Numbered from the stretch's first letter, positions 1 to 12,806 are shown. The stretch is 64,000 nt of DNA from Polymyxa betae A26-41 (GCA_003693705.1 RBZT01000546.1:1-64000); one strand, 5' to 3'. The notes: generated from the sequence alone by a model not told the origin. Made by a program: numbers and translations.

Positions 1-109
1 TCATTCTGAGCTATAGCTGACACTTCCATCCTTCAACCTTCCTTCTATGATGGCAGCAGGTTGCGCCCAATCTCACTGTTCTTTGATGACATTCACATTT
101 TCGATTCGT

Positions 110-696
110 TTATTTTGATTTTTTGAGCTCCGCTGTATAATCGCCGAGCTCGGACGTACAATGAGGACAGCGGATGGCGCGTTTCGAGATGACGCTGTCG
201 CAGAATTCGCAATGACGTGGAGCTTCTTGTAGCATGGTCTGGCGGCGCTTTTCCAGTTTCAACTTCAACGATGCCTTGGCGTAGATTTTCAACATAGTAA
301 AGATGCAAGTGGAGATGATTAGGAATGAGAGAACAGATTGAAGAAAAGCGCCCCAGTTCAATGTCACAGCGCCTGCATCGATGGCGCTTTTCAACGAATC
401 GAAATTGCATTCATGTTCTGCAGGACAACGCAACAGGTAATACGATTCCGTCAGTCCTTGGGAAGGCATCGCAAGACTGATTATCGGTGTGATGATATCG
501 CCAACCAGCGACGTTACAATAGCCCCGAATGCGCCTGAATTCTCTTTGAGTAACTGCGTTCGCTCACAGAAACCATCGACATACCCCCCATAATTGTACC
601 AACTGCAAGATCAACAACATTCCCACGGGTAATGAAATCTTTGAATTCCGACATATGTTCGGTGAGCTCATCTAAAGAAGTGTCAACGTCCACCAT
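110..696 (-). CDS. mscL: Large-conductance mechanosensitive channel MscL with C-terminal zinc ribbon, 2 exons
   Basis: Exon 1 MVDVD...SEFKDFITRGNVVDLAVGTIMG joins across a 50-nt GT..AG intron (535-584) to GAFGAIVTSLVGDIITPII...NWGAFLQSVLSFLII. The C-terminus carries CEFC...CPHC. The FxxRGNVVDLAVG signature is diagnostic. Confidence 0.93.
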
Positions 697-1657
697 ATTG
701 TTCAGAGGTATGGAACTGGTTTCTAAGGAAAGTGTTGTCAAAATCAATTCGAAAGTAACAGTCTGGGGAACGCATTACATCATTACTTCTTGCTGATTAG
801 AGACAATTGAAAGCCGGAACATGATTCAGCTTCCGTGGTAACCTGTGTAAAAATTCGTCATCCTCCAGTGAGTGTTTCTAATGTTCGATGTCTTTGTTAT
901 TGATGCTGCCAGAATTGTGTCGAGACGAATAGTGTCCTTGTATATGTTAAAATGGCATCCTACTGCAAAAATTGCAACCTCAAATGTGAACTCACTGAAA
1001 TCCATGCAAATGTGAAATGAGCTGTACCACTGATTGTGTCAAAATAAAGCATCAGGCAGATTGGATTCTTGGTCAGATTCGATAGTATTGACACTGGTCA
1101 TGCACCAGCTAACATCTTTTCAGAAAAGATATCTTTGTTCATGCCGTACTGTTCTGGTGCTGACAACACCGACAGATGTCATAGGATTTGTCGACATCTA
1201 TTCACGTTTCAACCATCGTATGACTAAACTTTTTCTAGCGAAGTCCAATTACGGCCATGTACTGAGTGCAGCAAAAATCGCGACGGTACTAAAGGTTCCT
1301 AAATCTATCTCAGACAACAAATGTCGTTCGTCAAAAGTCCATCACTTGCCTCTCCGATAACCGTTGCGAAAATGCAAAATCGACGAATTTTCGGGCGATC
1401 TTTTTTTGAATTCAGATATGAGGAGTTGGCGAATCCAGCGACTTCAGTGACACAAGCATCGGAGACGCCCAAAAATCTTCGAATTATAGCAATTGTTTTA
1501 CAGGATAGAAGTTGTCAAATTCAATGGCAAAGCAAACTGTGAGGATTGACGATAAGACACTCATCCAACAATGATCGGATGCACGAACTTGGTTCAGTTT
1601 CTGGTCTCGGTATAATCAAAGTGCCTGATTGTGACTTTATTCGTTATATATGCAGAC

Positions 1658-2461
1658 TTAAATGGTGTTAAAACGGAAGCTGTCGTGACCAATAAGCTCT
1701 GACGACATTCTGCTGCGAAAGCGCGTACGTCGGTACTCTTCCAAATCGTCCTCCGTTTCCCCTTGCGCTAACACGTTCTCCATTAGTTCAGATATAAAAC
1801 TGGCTCCAGCAGAGCTATTTCGTGCGAGCTTTGTGCTTGGTTTAGGAAGTGGAACTGATCCTGGGGAAGAAACAAAGTCTGTCTTCGAGACCGTAGTAGC
1901 AGAATCCTTAACATCCAAAAGTGTTGATTGCAGTAAAGGATCAATACTTGCTATTGTACAAAAATCCGATTCGGCTATGGGCGAATTCGTGTTGGCATCA
2001 CGAGGCAGCAAATCCGGCCTGGTATGGAACAATGGGTTGCCTTGAATCTGTGTCGCTTTCACAGAGATAACGATTTCGCAGTTGGAGCCAGTTTTACGAA
2101 GAGCGAACTTTTCCGATTGCCAAGTTCGAGATGACAAAAACATAGTCAGGTCAAAAGCCAACTTGCCAACGGCGACCTTTCCACAATAGATGCCTATTCT
2201 TAACACCGCTTCCTTTGGCTGGCAGGTTCGCTTGTCGATAGCCACTTTGACACTCGACAGCGTGAAGTGCTCATTCCATGTAGCCTGCTGTTTGAAGTCT
2301 ACTTTGGCAGATCGTGTTCGGCCCTTGTACTTGCCGAAGCTCCAACAGGCGGCCAGGTCCAGGTCCTCAAAGGGATACTTTTCAATCCGATCGAGGCGTA
2401 TCTCGATCTGGAATTTAGGTCTTTGCTTCCGTCGTATCAGACGACCGAAGGCAGCGAACAT
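1658..2461 (-). CDS. NT-C2 (EEIG1/EHBP1-type N-terminal C2) domain protein
   Basis: Intronless 267-aa ORF. RRKQRPKFQIEIRLDRI...GRTRSAKV...ATWNEHF...VGKLAFDLT fits the NT-C2 pattern, followed by a low-complexity tail. Confidence 0.75.
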   Translation of the reverse strand: MFAAFGRLIRRKQRPKFQIEIRLDRIEKYPFEDLDLAACWSFGKYKGRTRSAKVDFKQQATWNEHFTLSSVKVAIDKRTCQPKEAVLRIGIYCGKVAVGKLAFDLTMFLSSRTWQSEKFALRKTGSNCEIVISVKATQIQGNPLFHTRPDLLPRDANTNSPIAESDFCTIASIDPLLQSTLLDVKDSATTVSKTDFVSSPGSVPLPKPSTKLARNSSAGASFISELMENVLAQGETEDDLEEYRRTRFRSRMSSELIGHDSFRFNTI

Positions 2462-2812
2462 CCAGACCGGTTAGGCGTAGAAGGACGATCCCGATAGCTT
2501 CATGAAGGTGATTGGGTGGACCTATAGAAAGAATATCAGAACAGGATTTGACGCTACGTACGTTGAAGAGATTCTACAGGGCCTGACCTAGGCGCATACA
2601 GGCACAGCTGCGCGAAATGACAGACCCCCCTATTAACAAGGCCATGACACGACAGTTCTGCGGCGCGGCCACCTGTCCCAGATAGAGGAGGCCGAGGCGG
2701 TGGCCCTCTGGAGTCACGTTGCCACACCACAACTTGCAAATCCTAATTAGTTTATATTAAGATAGGTTGTTAGATTAATTGAACGGCAGGCTATCGAAGC
2801 GCCCAGCTTTAA

Positions 2813-4159
2813 TTATTGCTGGCTGACCCCAGCACGGGAGTGGGTGTGTTGGGTGCATTCGCGATCATTTTCCCAGAGATCAACAAAATCGCTGGGTGTT
2901 GATGAAAGCATCGCAGAAGTAAGTTCAGTGATAAATTCGGCTGGAATATTTGGCCGAGCATCGGAACAGACAAGATCAGGACAGGTTTGGCAGAGCGACA
3001 TCAGCGTTATGAGGTTCGGAAACACCGACGATACTGCCATCTCCATTGCTTTGTTCTTGGCTTCATTTTTGCTCTCAGAAGATGCCCCTCTGCCAATTAT
3101 GCTTTGATTTACTTTTATGACGGAAACGAATTCATTATTCGGTCCAAATTCCCAAGAATAAAGGGGACATTTGGTTCCTGCTTGAGTGCAGATTTCATGA
3201 AGCAGGGATCCGAGCGATCTGATTGCCCTGGACTTTACTAAAACGGAAGCCGGATCAGAAATGATTTGCTTTTAAAAACCCACTTACTTTTTCTCTCTAA
3301 TTTCTGGGACATTCTCTCCCAAGGGTCTTTTGGAAATTTGAAGACGGATTCAATAGCATTGGCTGAAACTAAATTTGATAATGAATTCAGATGACCTTCG
3401 AAAACGGTGAGTAGCTCAGGGAAACGAGCGCTTAACAAGGCTACTGCCGCCTTCTCTTTGGCCTTCTGTTTGTCAGTGTCTTCACCTGTCGCAACAATTT
3501 CGCTTTTCAGTGAGATTTCCACAATAACTCTTTTGCCGTCTAGCCGAGTGAAGAAGGCCGGCGATTGGCCTAGACTCTCTACGCATGCTTCGTGCAACAG
3601 CGCTTCGTGCGATTGCAAATGGCCGGATTTGACTGTACTGAGATGAGTACGGCAAAGGCCCATATTGCCAAGTTTCTACCTCGTTGTAGAATCAAATTTA
3701 GATCGTTTTTTGGGGTCGTTGATGAAATCGGATCTTTCTCTAATTGTTGAGAAGGAGTTTTTTCAAGAAGGGAAAGAGTTTCCTTGAATAAAGAGAGCAA
3801 ATTGGAGCAAAGTGAAAACAATGCATTCTCAGCAGCAATTCTCTTGGCTTCATTTTTCTTCGAAGGATGCTGTCCAGTTGCAAGGATTTTGCCCTTGGAT
3901 ATAATTTCGACAATGTACCCAGCGGATTGCCGGCAGGTATAAACCGGCGTCTCGCGGTGGACTTGCTGCAGGTAAGAATGCAATAGGCTGGCTGCTGATT
4001 TGAATTCCCCTGATTTTACTGCAGCGCCTCAGCGATGTATCTCAGAACAACGACCTGATACGTACTTTTCGATTGCAAACTAAACAACGAATCGGGGCTT
4101 GCAACATTGTTCGTTTTGAGACGCTTCGAAACCGGTTCTAACACCGGGGGACATGTCAT
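2813..4159 (-). CDS. Multi-exon protein with about 3 double-stranded RNA-binding domains (DGCR8/Pasha-like dsRBDs)
   Basis: Spliced segments KSAASLLHSYLQQVHRETPVY...ILATGQHPSKKNEAKRIAAENAL; LLHEACVESLGQSPAF...VATGEDTDKQKAKEKAAVALL; IIGRGASSESKNEAKNKAMEMAV. Each ends in the dsRBD KxxAKxxAA helix. Confidence 0.75.
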
Positions 4160-4420
4160 CGAGATAGATAGCGTGGCGAAATCTCGCCTATCGATTCCTT
4201 CCGATGATTGCCGCTGCGGAGACCCGAAAATCAAAAAGAAAATACGATTGCGACCGTGGTTCTTTCTTGGAGTTTATTGCTATGCCTAGCGCTTATAGTA
4301 CGATACCGTCGTTTGGTAGATTGAATAGTCCAAGAATTCGGAGCAAATAATATCTCTGAGTGGCAATTGCGATCCTTGTTTTCGACAAAACTTTCCGGCT
4401 CAACGAAGACTTTCCTTCGG

Positions 4421-4470
4421 AGTTTTCAAATTTCATTTTCTGAAAGTTTTCAAATTTCATTTTCTGAAAG
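4421..4470 (+). repeat. Perfect 24-bp tandem duplication just upstream of the DPH7 ATG
   Basis: agttttcaaatttcattttctgaa x2 at 4421-4444 and 4445-4468. Confidence 0.95.
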
Positions 4471-4474
4471 CGTC

Positions 4475-5513
4475 ATGACCAGTGAGCCTACATTCAAAAA
4501 CCTGGACTTGAAATGGCATATGTTAGGCAATAAGCCTACTGACGTGATTCAGTTTCGTCCATGGCGAGGTAATGATTCCGGTTCGCTGTTTGCCTGTGGG
4601 ACTTACGAACTCCATCCCGAAAGCAACAGTCGCGATGGTGGTGTCCATTATGCAGAGTTTGCTACGCCGAACGAAGTGAATTGCTCTTGGAAGAAAGGAG
4701 ATGCTTGCTTCGACCTTTGCTGGTCAGCAGACGGAGAATATCTCTTCCAAGCTTCTGTTGATGGTCATGTTCGTATCTTGCATGGTCCGGCACAACAATG
4801 TCGTGTCTCTGCTAATTCAATGGCAACGTGCGTTGATCACCATCTCGATACGATCTCGTTTTCCACGAGTGATGGCAATATTGGTATTATTGATGCTCCA
4901 TCGTTTCAAGTAAAGATGTCATGGCAAGCGCATGACTCGTTCGAGGTCTGGGCTTGCTCTCTTGATGGTCATCATCCAACCATATATTCTGGTTCTGACG
5001 ATTGCATCTGGAAATGTTGGGACGTCAGGAATAGCACTCAGCCCGTGTTCGTCTGTAGCCAGCATGAGGCGGGTGTCACAAGTATTCAGTCACATCCATA
5101 TAAGCCTAATATCGTTGCTACAGGTTCAGCTTCAGTTATTCGTATTTGATTTCGCGCTTTAATGGACACATTTAGGATCCTATGATGAGAATATTCGAGT
5201 TTGGGATATTAGATCGCTACGAGCTCCTTTGCAAATGCATTCCACCGGTGGCGGTGTTTGGACATTGAAATGGCACCCTTGCAACGAATTCAGATATCAT
5301 GACATTATTCTATGTGCTAACATGTACAATGGATTTTCAGTGATCGATTTCCAGAAGGGCGCCGCCCGCGAGATTGCTGTCTTTAAGGAACCAGGAGAGA
5401 GCATCGCGTACGGAGCTGATTGGTGTCGCGACCCGAAGCTTCCAGATGTGATCGCGCTCTGCTCGTTCTACGATCGGTCTGTGAGGATATGTCAAATAAA
5501 CAGTTTCACATAG
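4475..5513 (+). CDS. DPH7: Diphthine methylesterase DPH7 (WDR85/Rrt2), WD40 protein, 2 exons
   Basis: FACGTYEL; WQAHDSFEVW; IYSGSDDCIWKCWD; HEAGVTSIQ; ATG|SYDE across an intron at about 5124-5175; GGGVWTLKWHP; ANMYNGF; SIAYGADW; CSFYD. Confidence 0.9.
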
Positions 5514-5558
5514 ATAATGCTGCTATGATCACACTGCTATCCAATGCTGTCCCCTTGA

Positions 5559-5575
5559 TGTAATGTTACACTGCC
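5559..5575. promoter_or_regulatory. Candidate cis-element TGTAATGTTACACTGCC upstream of FANCD2
   Basis: An identical 17-mer occurs at 27696-27712. A second core GTAATGTTACA lies at 5648-5658. The core is the quasi-palindrome TGTAA-nn-TTACA. Confidence 0.45.
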
Positions 5576-5717
5576 GATTAAGGAGCTCGCCCTCCTGTCT
5601 GGTTATGCTATGTTACATGAAGTCATTGAGTGACGTTCGCTTTCACAGTAATGTTACAGTGATTGTGGAAATGGGCGCGTGTTTCATCATGCTGCGCATT
5701 TACATTGGCGTTTGGGG

Positions 5718-8700
5718 ATGCTGCGACGACCTCTAAAATCACCAGCTGCTATTCAGACATCTCCTGTCTCTTGTAGAAATTCCCCAGAACCAAGATACAT
5801 AAGGCTAACCAAATGCATAGATAAGCGGCCGCGTGTGCATGACGCCCCGATATCATCGCCCGCCCAAAGCACATTAGAACGGTTGCTAACAGAGCATAAG
5901 CATTGTCGCTTAAGCCACGACCATGGTCCCCATATAATGAGTACATGCCAACTATCCAGTAATCCATGATGTATTGATCCGAGTTTTCAGCGAATCCCCA
6001 CCAAGTTCAATGGCACCTTGATCGTCGGTTGAAGGCGGACCCAGAGCTACTCAAGCAGTATCTATCCGAAGCAGTTTGTATTTTCGATCCATTAAACTTT
6101 AGTCAGATTTTTACATGATTTGTCTACATTGTTCGAGGACGACAGCGCTTTCCGGAAAGCTTTACAACCTTATGCTATATCTGAAGATGAAGAATCTTCA
6201 TTGGCCGCAAGTCATACAACTGACAGTTTAGTTAAAGTGTTTCTAAGTATCAATGATTGCTTCGCCTTTCATGAATCTGAACTTTATTAGGAGTTCCTTG
6301 CTTACAAGAACACGTATCTGATGCGATTCTGCAGAAACTCGTCGAATTCTCTGCAGAGCAGGAGTATTTACTGACAATGGATCGTTTCTACTTGATCTTA
6401 TTTCAAATTTTAGTTCTTCGTCATTATACACTGACGTTCCCAGATTGATACTCTATCAATTGCGATTTCTCGACAGTTTATACAACGAGTCGCGCCTTTG
6501 CGAGAAAATCCTGGAACTATTCAATGCATGCAATTTGCAGTTACAGAAAGAAATTGTATCTGCTCTTCCTGACATTCTATCCGATGCAAGCCATTCTGTA
6601 AGGAATAATTGTCGTGCGGCCTTCGTCAAGATTTAATATCAATTAGCGGATTGTAGAAGCGCTCCAATCCAAACTTCAAGAGGATTCGGATCTCACAGTT
6701 AATGTTCTTGACACATTATCGAATTTGGATCTTCAAGGAGAGATGATGGTTTGGCATCGCAGTCTGGCGCTTATCATTGTATTTCAACGTCTTTAGGAAT
6801 CTGTACGGAAAATAGCCTCAGTAGCTTTGGATACTGCATCTATATCCGATCTGCCTGTCGTCATTCGCTTCATAATGCAATCTTCAACGAAAACAGACGC
6901 TGATAAAGTTGTGATTATTGCATTTTGTTTCCGGTGTTTACTTGAATTCAGACTGTGGAAGACACTCTAAGAAAGCTTCAAAATGTGGGGAAACCTGACA
7001 ATATTTCCAGTAAGGCAAGCGCCGATGATTTCCTGCTTGTTTTAGGTATAATCTGATTACCCTGCAAGTGCATGTACTAAGCTGCTGTGCAGAGCAATTT
7101 CGGATCGGAATATCCTATCATAAGCACATCGCATCGGCTATGGCCAAATGCTTACAAAGGACGCAAATCAGCGACCTCAGCTGTGTCGTTTTCTGGACGA
7201 CCCTCATGTTGAATGATCAATCTGCATATTCGAACCGGGTCGTCAAGATCGTTCGTAAATGGGCATCGGCTGATGAACAAGGTTTGCGACACCAACACTC
7301 GAGTAGAATTGGTTTAACTTGGTTATTACAGGAGCTCTACCTCTGCTTTTCGAAAAATTCATCACGAATCACTCCCAGGCACTCAATCTCGTGGCGAAAT
7401 CTATTCTTTCTTTGGCCGAGGTTCTCCATCATTGATGTTTTTGATCTCGGATTGATTTTTTCTAGGAGACGACGCGTAGCAGTGACGCTCGAGAGCAGAA
7501 TATTGGAGCGAGCCTTTATAGAAGCGCATTCCTTCGCTTTGCTAGCCGAATCGATGTTCTATCTTGCTTAGCAACGCATATTGGCAGTGGACGGAACCAT
7601 GAGATTGACAGAGCTCTGCAAATTCTGCTTCAGCTTTGCACTCAGTGTTCTAAGGAGACTTCACCCTACTTCGCATACTTACTGGGGCTGCTTGATTACT
7701 GTTAGGCTCATTCGCTGTATCAATCATTTTTTTTCTGAAAGCCATTAGGTCACAATTTAAACAACTTCCAACTGAGGACGCTGTTTGAAGCGCTAGCAAA
7801 TGTAAACTCATAGCCGCGTCTATCAATATAGAACTGATGTTCTTTGAACCAGTGTCACAGCTGTACTGAAGGGAATGTTCTGAAATCGGATGTCATTAAT
7901 TACATCACGAAGAACTTGCAGCATTCGTCACTTTCGTTCCAAAGACCCGCCATCATAGGAGCCCTGTGTTTAATCAATGCCAATGGTGAGATCATACACT
8001 TATTCGTCGACCATCCATTGAGGGAATGTCAGTTTGTTTAGAGCAAGAATTTTGTGATGATCATCCTGTGTATCCTCTATTTGCTGACCTCGATAGGTAT
8101 ACTAGCAAATCTCATGTAAGAATCTCGATAGCAAGCTTCCGAAATTTTCTCTGAAAATGCATGCCAGGCAGCCACAGCGTTTCTTTGTGAAGAAATTCTC
8201 TATTATCTGAATCGCGGCGGCATCAACCAAGAAATTGCTGGTGGGCTTATCAAGTATCCCTGTTGGCATTTCTTTGGCATATATCTAACTGTTTTTCCAG
8301 GCGTATTATAGAGTTGTTTCAAAGTACGTTTTTGACTTTACCTGAAAATCAGCCTGCGGAAGCCAATACCGAGCTCATTGAGGTATGACGCAAACTTCCA
8401 ACTCTTCCATGATTGTTTCCAATTTGCTGTAGGTCGCCACGTTGTTTAATCTGAATCCAAAGGAGAATCCGTCCATTCTTGCCATTTATCCTGGTTTAGC
8501 TGATCCCGCCAGACGTCCTGCATTTGTTATGCTCCCGACACTGCTTGAATTACTGAATCGTTGGAGTCTATGCGATCCCGAAACTGTTCCAGATGAGGAC
8601 GAACTTTCCAGTATTCCGTTGACGTTGTTCAAGTTCGATTGCCTTCAAGTCAAATTGAGCGGTATTCAGCTTCCCTTTTCTGATATTTTCTGCAGATCGT

Positions 8701-11191
8701 CCAGGATTTTGACACAAGTTTATTGACTTTGACGTTCTCAGCCCTGCTGCATGCGATCAATTGGTAACCTAGCAGGCTGTCTTTGCTTTATGCTGAACAT
8801 TTGAAGGTTCCGAGCGCTTTTGAACGCCTTCGCGTTTAGTTCCGACGATGTTTTGAGATGTATGCCATATTGATGGATGTCTGCTTTTTAACATTCTTTC
8901 AGGGAAATGCTCCAAACGTTTGTCACAGTTATTAGAGCTTCAGAATGAACTTTGCCTGTTTCCAGCGGATTTTGTTTCGAAAGTTGTCCCATATGCAATC
9001 ACTCAGTCTCAACGTTGTGCACTATCTTCTCAAAAAGTATTTTGGAATTCACTGTTTGAGCTTTCGCCATTCATCTCTGACAGGACATCAAAGGCAAAAA
9101 GCTCTCAGAAGAGGTAGTCCTGTACCGAATCGAGCCTTTACTTCGTCCATTGGCTGTACGTTTTGCTGATCTGCTGATTATCTGATCAATATGAATCGTG
9201 ACTTTCACTTTACAGCCAATTGTGTTTACCTTATTAACGATGGAATTAAAGTTGGAACTCTCTTCCAACGAATCCAACGAGGGCGATGCCGTCATCTATG
9301 TAAGCTATTCCTGTGCGTTGCTAAAGATGCTTTCATATCACAATGCAGCTGGACACATTCCAGTATCTGTTGACAGAACTTCACGACACTCTGAAAAGAA
9401 ACTTTCCTAAATCATCCCCTTTCAAATCCCCTAACGGTATGTTTTTCTCTAACCATCTGACATCCTTTTTAATCTCCATTCATGTAGAGGCCCCGAGTCG
9501 AGCTGTCATGGTTGAGCATTTTGATATTTTCGAGTTTCTCGCTGCATTGAACTATGACAGCAACTCCAGAAATTGCCAACTCAGAGTGCGCCGGTTTCCT
9601 GAAGAAATACATCTCTTAATCCATTAATAGGTCTTTCGAGCCCTTGGCAAATCGCTTCTGTTGTTGACATCTCATGAATCTGCTGAATGTGAGCACGGTG
9701 TATGGTATTGTCTTAGAATCACAATATTTAATTAAATGGCATGTATCTGCAGCGTGCAATATCTCGGAACGTGGATCTGATCTTGCAATTAATGGAGTTT
9801 ATCTTCAATTGTTCTGCTCTGCAAACCGCTCAAGGACATTCCGTTTTATCGGTGAATTGTTTTCATGGTCTCTGGAGCAGGGTTAAATTGGTTCATAGAT
9901 GATTATCGTGGACTTCGTTCAAAGCGACTCTGTTGATATGAAGCGAATAGGATTTCCAACATGTCTCAGTGTCCTTGGACATTTCCTATTAGACCTATTG
10001 CCTTTGCCAAGATCATCAATTCATACTCAAACCAAGATCTGCTCTATCGTCAATGATCTACGAAAGCGTGGTCCAATTCAGAATTCTGGTGCTTTGACGA
10101 GCAAGTTATCTGATTGCGCCTTAAAGTTACTGTCAGAATTCTGGCAGGATGATTATCCCCTTGTACGGTCAAGTTTTCGGCAAATCTGGAATCTGATTCT
10201 TAATAATTCTGCTCAGGATAGCTCAGTTGGCGCTCTTATATCGTATCATATCAGAAATTCGCCAAAACCACTTGAAATCGTGAAGCAGCTGATCTCGAGC
10301 GATTTTCCAGAGTTCCTCGAACGTAGTCGCGGATCCGAAGATACCGAAGATGATGTTGCGCCGACCTTCGCCAAGACGTTGGCTTCAAAGACCTGGCCCT
10401 TTTTCTTTAAAGCTGTATAGGGCGTGTTTTCCTTTAGTTGCGTTACGTTTATTGATGTGTTAATTTGCCACAGTGCGCTGAACAGATCTCGTCTTCGATG
10501 AATGATGTGGAGAGAGATATTTCGTCATTGTTTAAGAAGTTGGAGGACTGCGCAAAGCTGTTCTTCAGTTTAATGGAGTTCTTAAAGCGATCTCAAAAGG
10601 CAGCGTATGAATCATGGTTATTTCGCGCTCTTATGCTCACAACTCACTGTTGTATTAGAATACTGGGCAGCGCTTTACGAATTGGTCACATTTTTATTGA
10701 TCGCATTCTAACCCATATTCCTTTGATGAGAAGCTCATTTAATGAAAATAAGCAAGAAATAGTCCCACTTCTACAAACTGTGTCAAAGACAACACGAATT
10801 CTGCAGGTATCTCATTCCTACACGATTCTTTGTTTTTTGACAATCATACTAGAGAATATGCAGTCATGTTAAAAGGGAAAAAATCTCTAACCTGACGGGC
10901 TTAGTTCCTGCCCTGAAAAAGGCGATGGACAAGTTCATGTATCTCGTTAAAGATATGTTCCATCATCACGACATCCTATACAGTGCTGATTTCAAGTGCG
11001 GAGCTCTCAAGAATAGAACAATCGAGGGCCGCGAAATTGAGCAGGACGAAGAAGAGGAAGAAGATCAGGACGAGCGTGGCGAGCCGGAGCCGGAAGATGA
11101 AGACGCTGTTGAGGAGACCCAAGAGGAACCCAACTCAACTGAACAGGAGGACTGCGATCCCTCAGACAGCCCCTCCGAATTTCATTGCTAA
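5718..11191 (+). CDS. FANCD2: Fanconi anemia group D2 protein, many short introns
   Basis: DSLVKVFL; LILYQLRFLD; LQKEIVSALPDIL; VLDTLSNLDL; DLPVVIRFI; C-terminal LVPALKKAMDKFMYLVK...GALKNRTIEGREI followed by an acidic tail. GT-AG introns restore the frame where I checked. Confidence 0.9.
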
Positions 11192-11271
11192 TATTTTGTT
11201 GACGTTAATCACAGATATAGTTTAACTATTACAATGTTCCATGCGATAATTGTTTACAGTATTGGTACAAT

Positions 11272-12567
11272 CTAAAGTTGCTCGAAAGTAACCGATGATG
11301 TCGCTTTCCGGCTGACCGATTTCCTTGGACTATATTGCAGGAAACTATTCGTAGACCGATAGCTGGGCTCGCCGATCGTGCTGCCAACCTTATCATAGCG
11401 TGGCGATAGAATCATATCGGGTGCCAACAGCGTGATCAGCGAGCCACGCCTAGATTCAGGCGGCGAGTCGATACCGACGTTGACGCCTGCGGACGAATCA
11501 ACGCTGGATGTTGATCCTGGATCTTCTAGCACGGCGCCTGTTCTCTCTGGAGCATGCGACGATAGCAAGTAAACGCCAAGGACGATCATCAGAATTCCGA
11601 ATGTGAACCCGACTGTATGGGTTGCCGGCAATCCATCGAATTCCCTGAAGTAAATCCCTATTTGCTGTATGAGAGGGCGTCGCTAACAGTGACATTTCTT
11701 ACCGCCTCCGACAACACTGAAAACAATCCAGCATACTTGCAGAAGCGGAATGATCAGAAGCCCATCGAACTGTTGCAATGCCTTATTCATTCTATACAGC
11801 CTGCTGAATCCTAAGATCAAACCCTATGAAATGAGTGGGAGTCTTTACCAAAACGACATTGTTACGAGCCACATGAGCAGCACGACATAGATAGTCGGAT
11901 CGGCCATCTGATTGGAATCGACGATGCTAGTTTTCAGCAGAATGGAGGCCGATTTCGCCAGCATCACAGATTGAGTGCCTATAATGCCTGATACGAGGGC
12001 GTACAGGACAGGCAGCAGATTTTCAGAAGGATCTGATGAGAAATCGTGGGCCCGAGCCAGTTTCGATGACATCTGAATGCGGCCATATATGATCTGGGAG
12101 ATGACCGCTGTTATAAATAGAGCGAATATATAGATCAAATAGTCTTGATAAGTGTACAAGGTCCAAAGATCCTCGGCTGAGTATTCTTTCGTGTTTGGAT
12201 TGGCAAATATCACTATGAAACAGTTGCCAAAAACAATCCAGCCGGTAGCGATTAGGACCCGCTGGGTAATAACTTCGCCACACAGCGACGACGAAAAGAT
12301 CACATTCGATACGAACTGGACCGAGCTCATCGCTGACAGCAGCGATTGCGAAGCGAACCCAAACGACACGAAATTGGCGATATTGCCGGTGACGAAGCAG
12401 ATGACGCCCAAAATCCAGATCTTGGATCGGTAAAACGGCGCCGGCTTGCGGTTCAGAAGCAGGGCCTGCTCACGATGCGAATGTGACAGCTTAATCAAGT
12501 TGGTGCCGAAATTGATATCGATATTGCCAGCAATGTTGAGGACGGCTCCCCAAAGCCATGGGGGCAT
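11272..12567 (-). CDS. NIPA-family Mg2+ transporter (DMT superfamily)
   Basis: GNIDINFGTNLIKLSH; W..G..CF..GNIANFVSFGFASQSLL; multiple TM helices; spliced to the C-terminal exon FGILMIVLGVYLLS. Confidence 0.88.
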
Positions 12568-12806
12568 AGGGGAGGGGGCAGCTCCAACAGATATGCGACG
12601 ATGTCGGCGAAACCCTTACTGTTACAAGCCAGTCCAGTCCTATAAATAAACCCGTTTCAACCACCCTCTGATAAGAGGCCCGACAGTCGGGTGTTATATG
12701 AATCTCAACTAAGATGATATGCAGGATCTGGGACCGGCATCCAGCAAAGATTCATGCCGGGGGGTACCCGACCCTGTGATACCATGCCATTCCCAGGTTG
12801 TTACAA

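Noticed and set aside
750-1600. Short ORFs upstream of MscL
   Set aside because: I could not build a coherent spliced model or find a recognisable motif on either strand.
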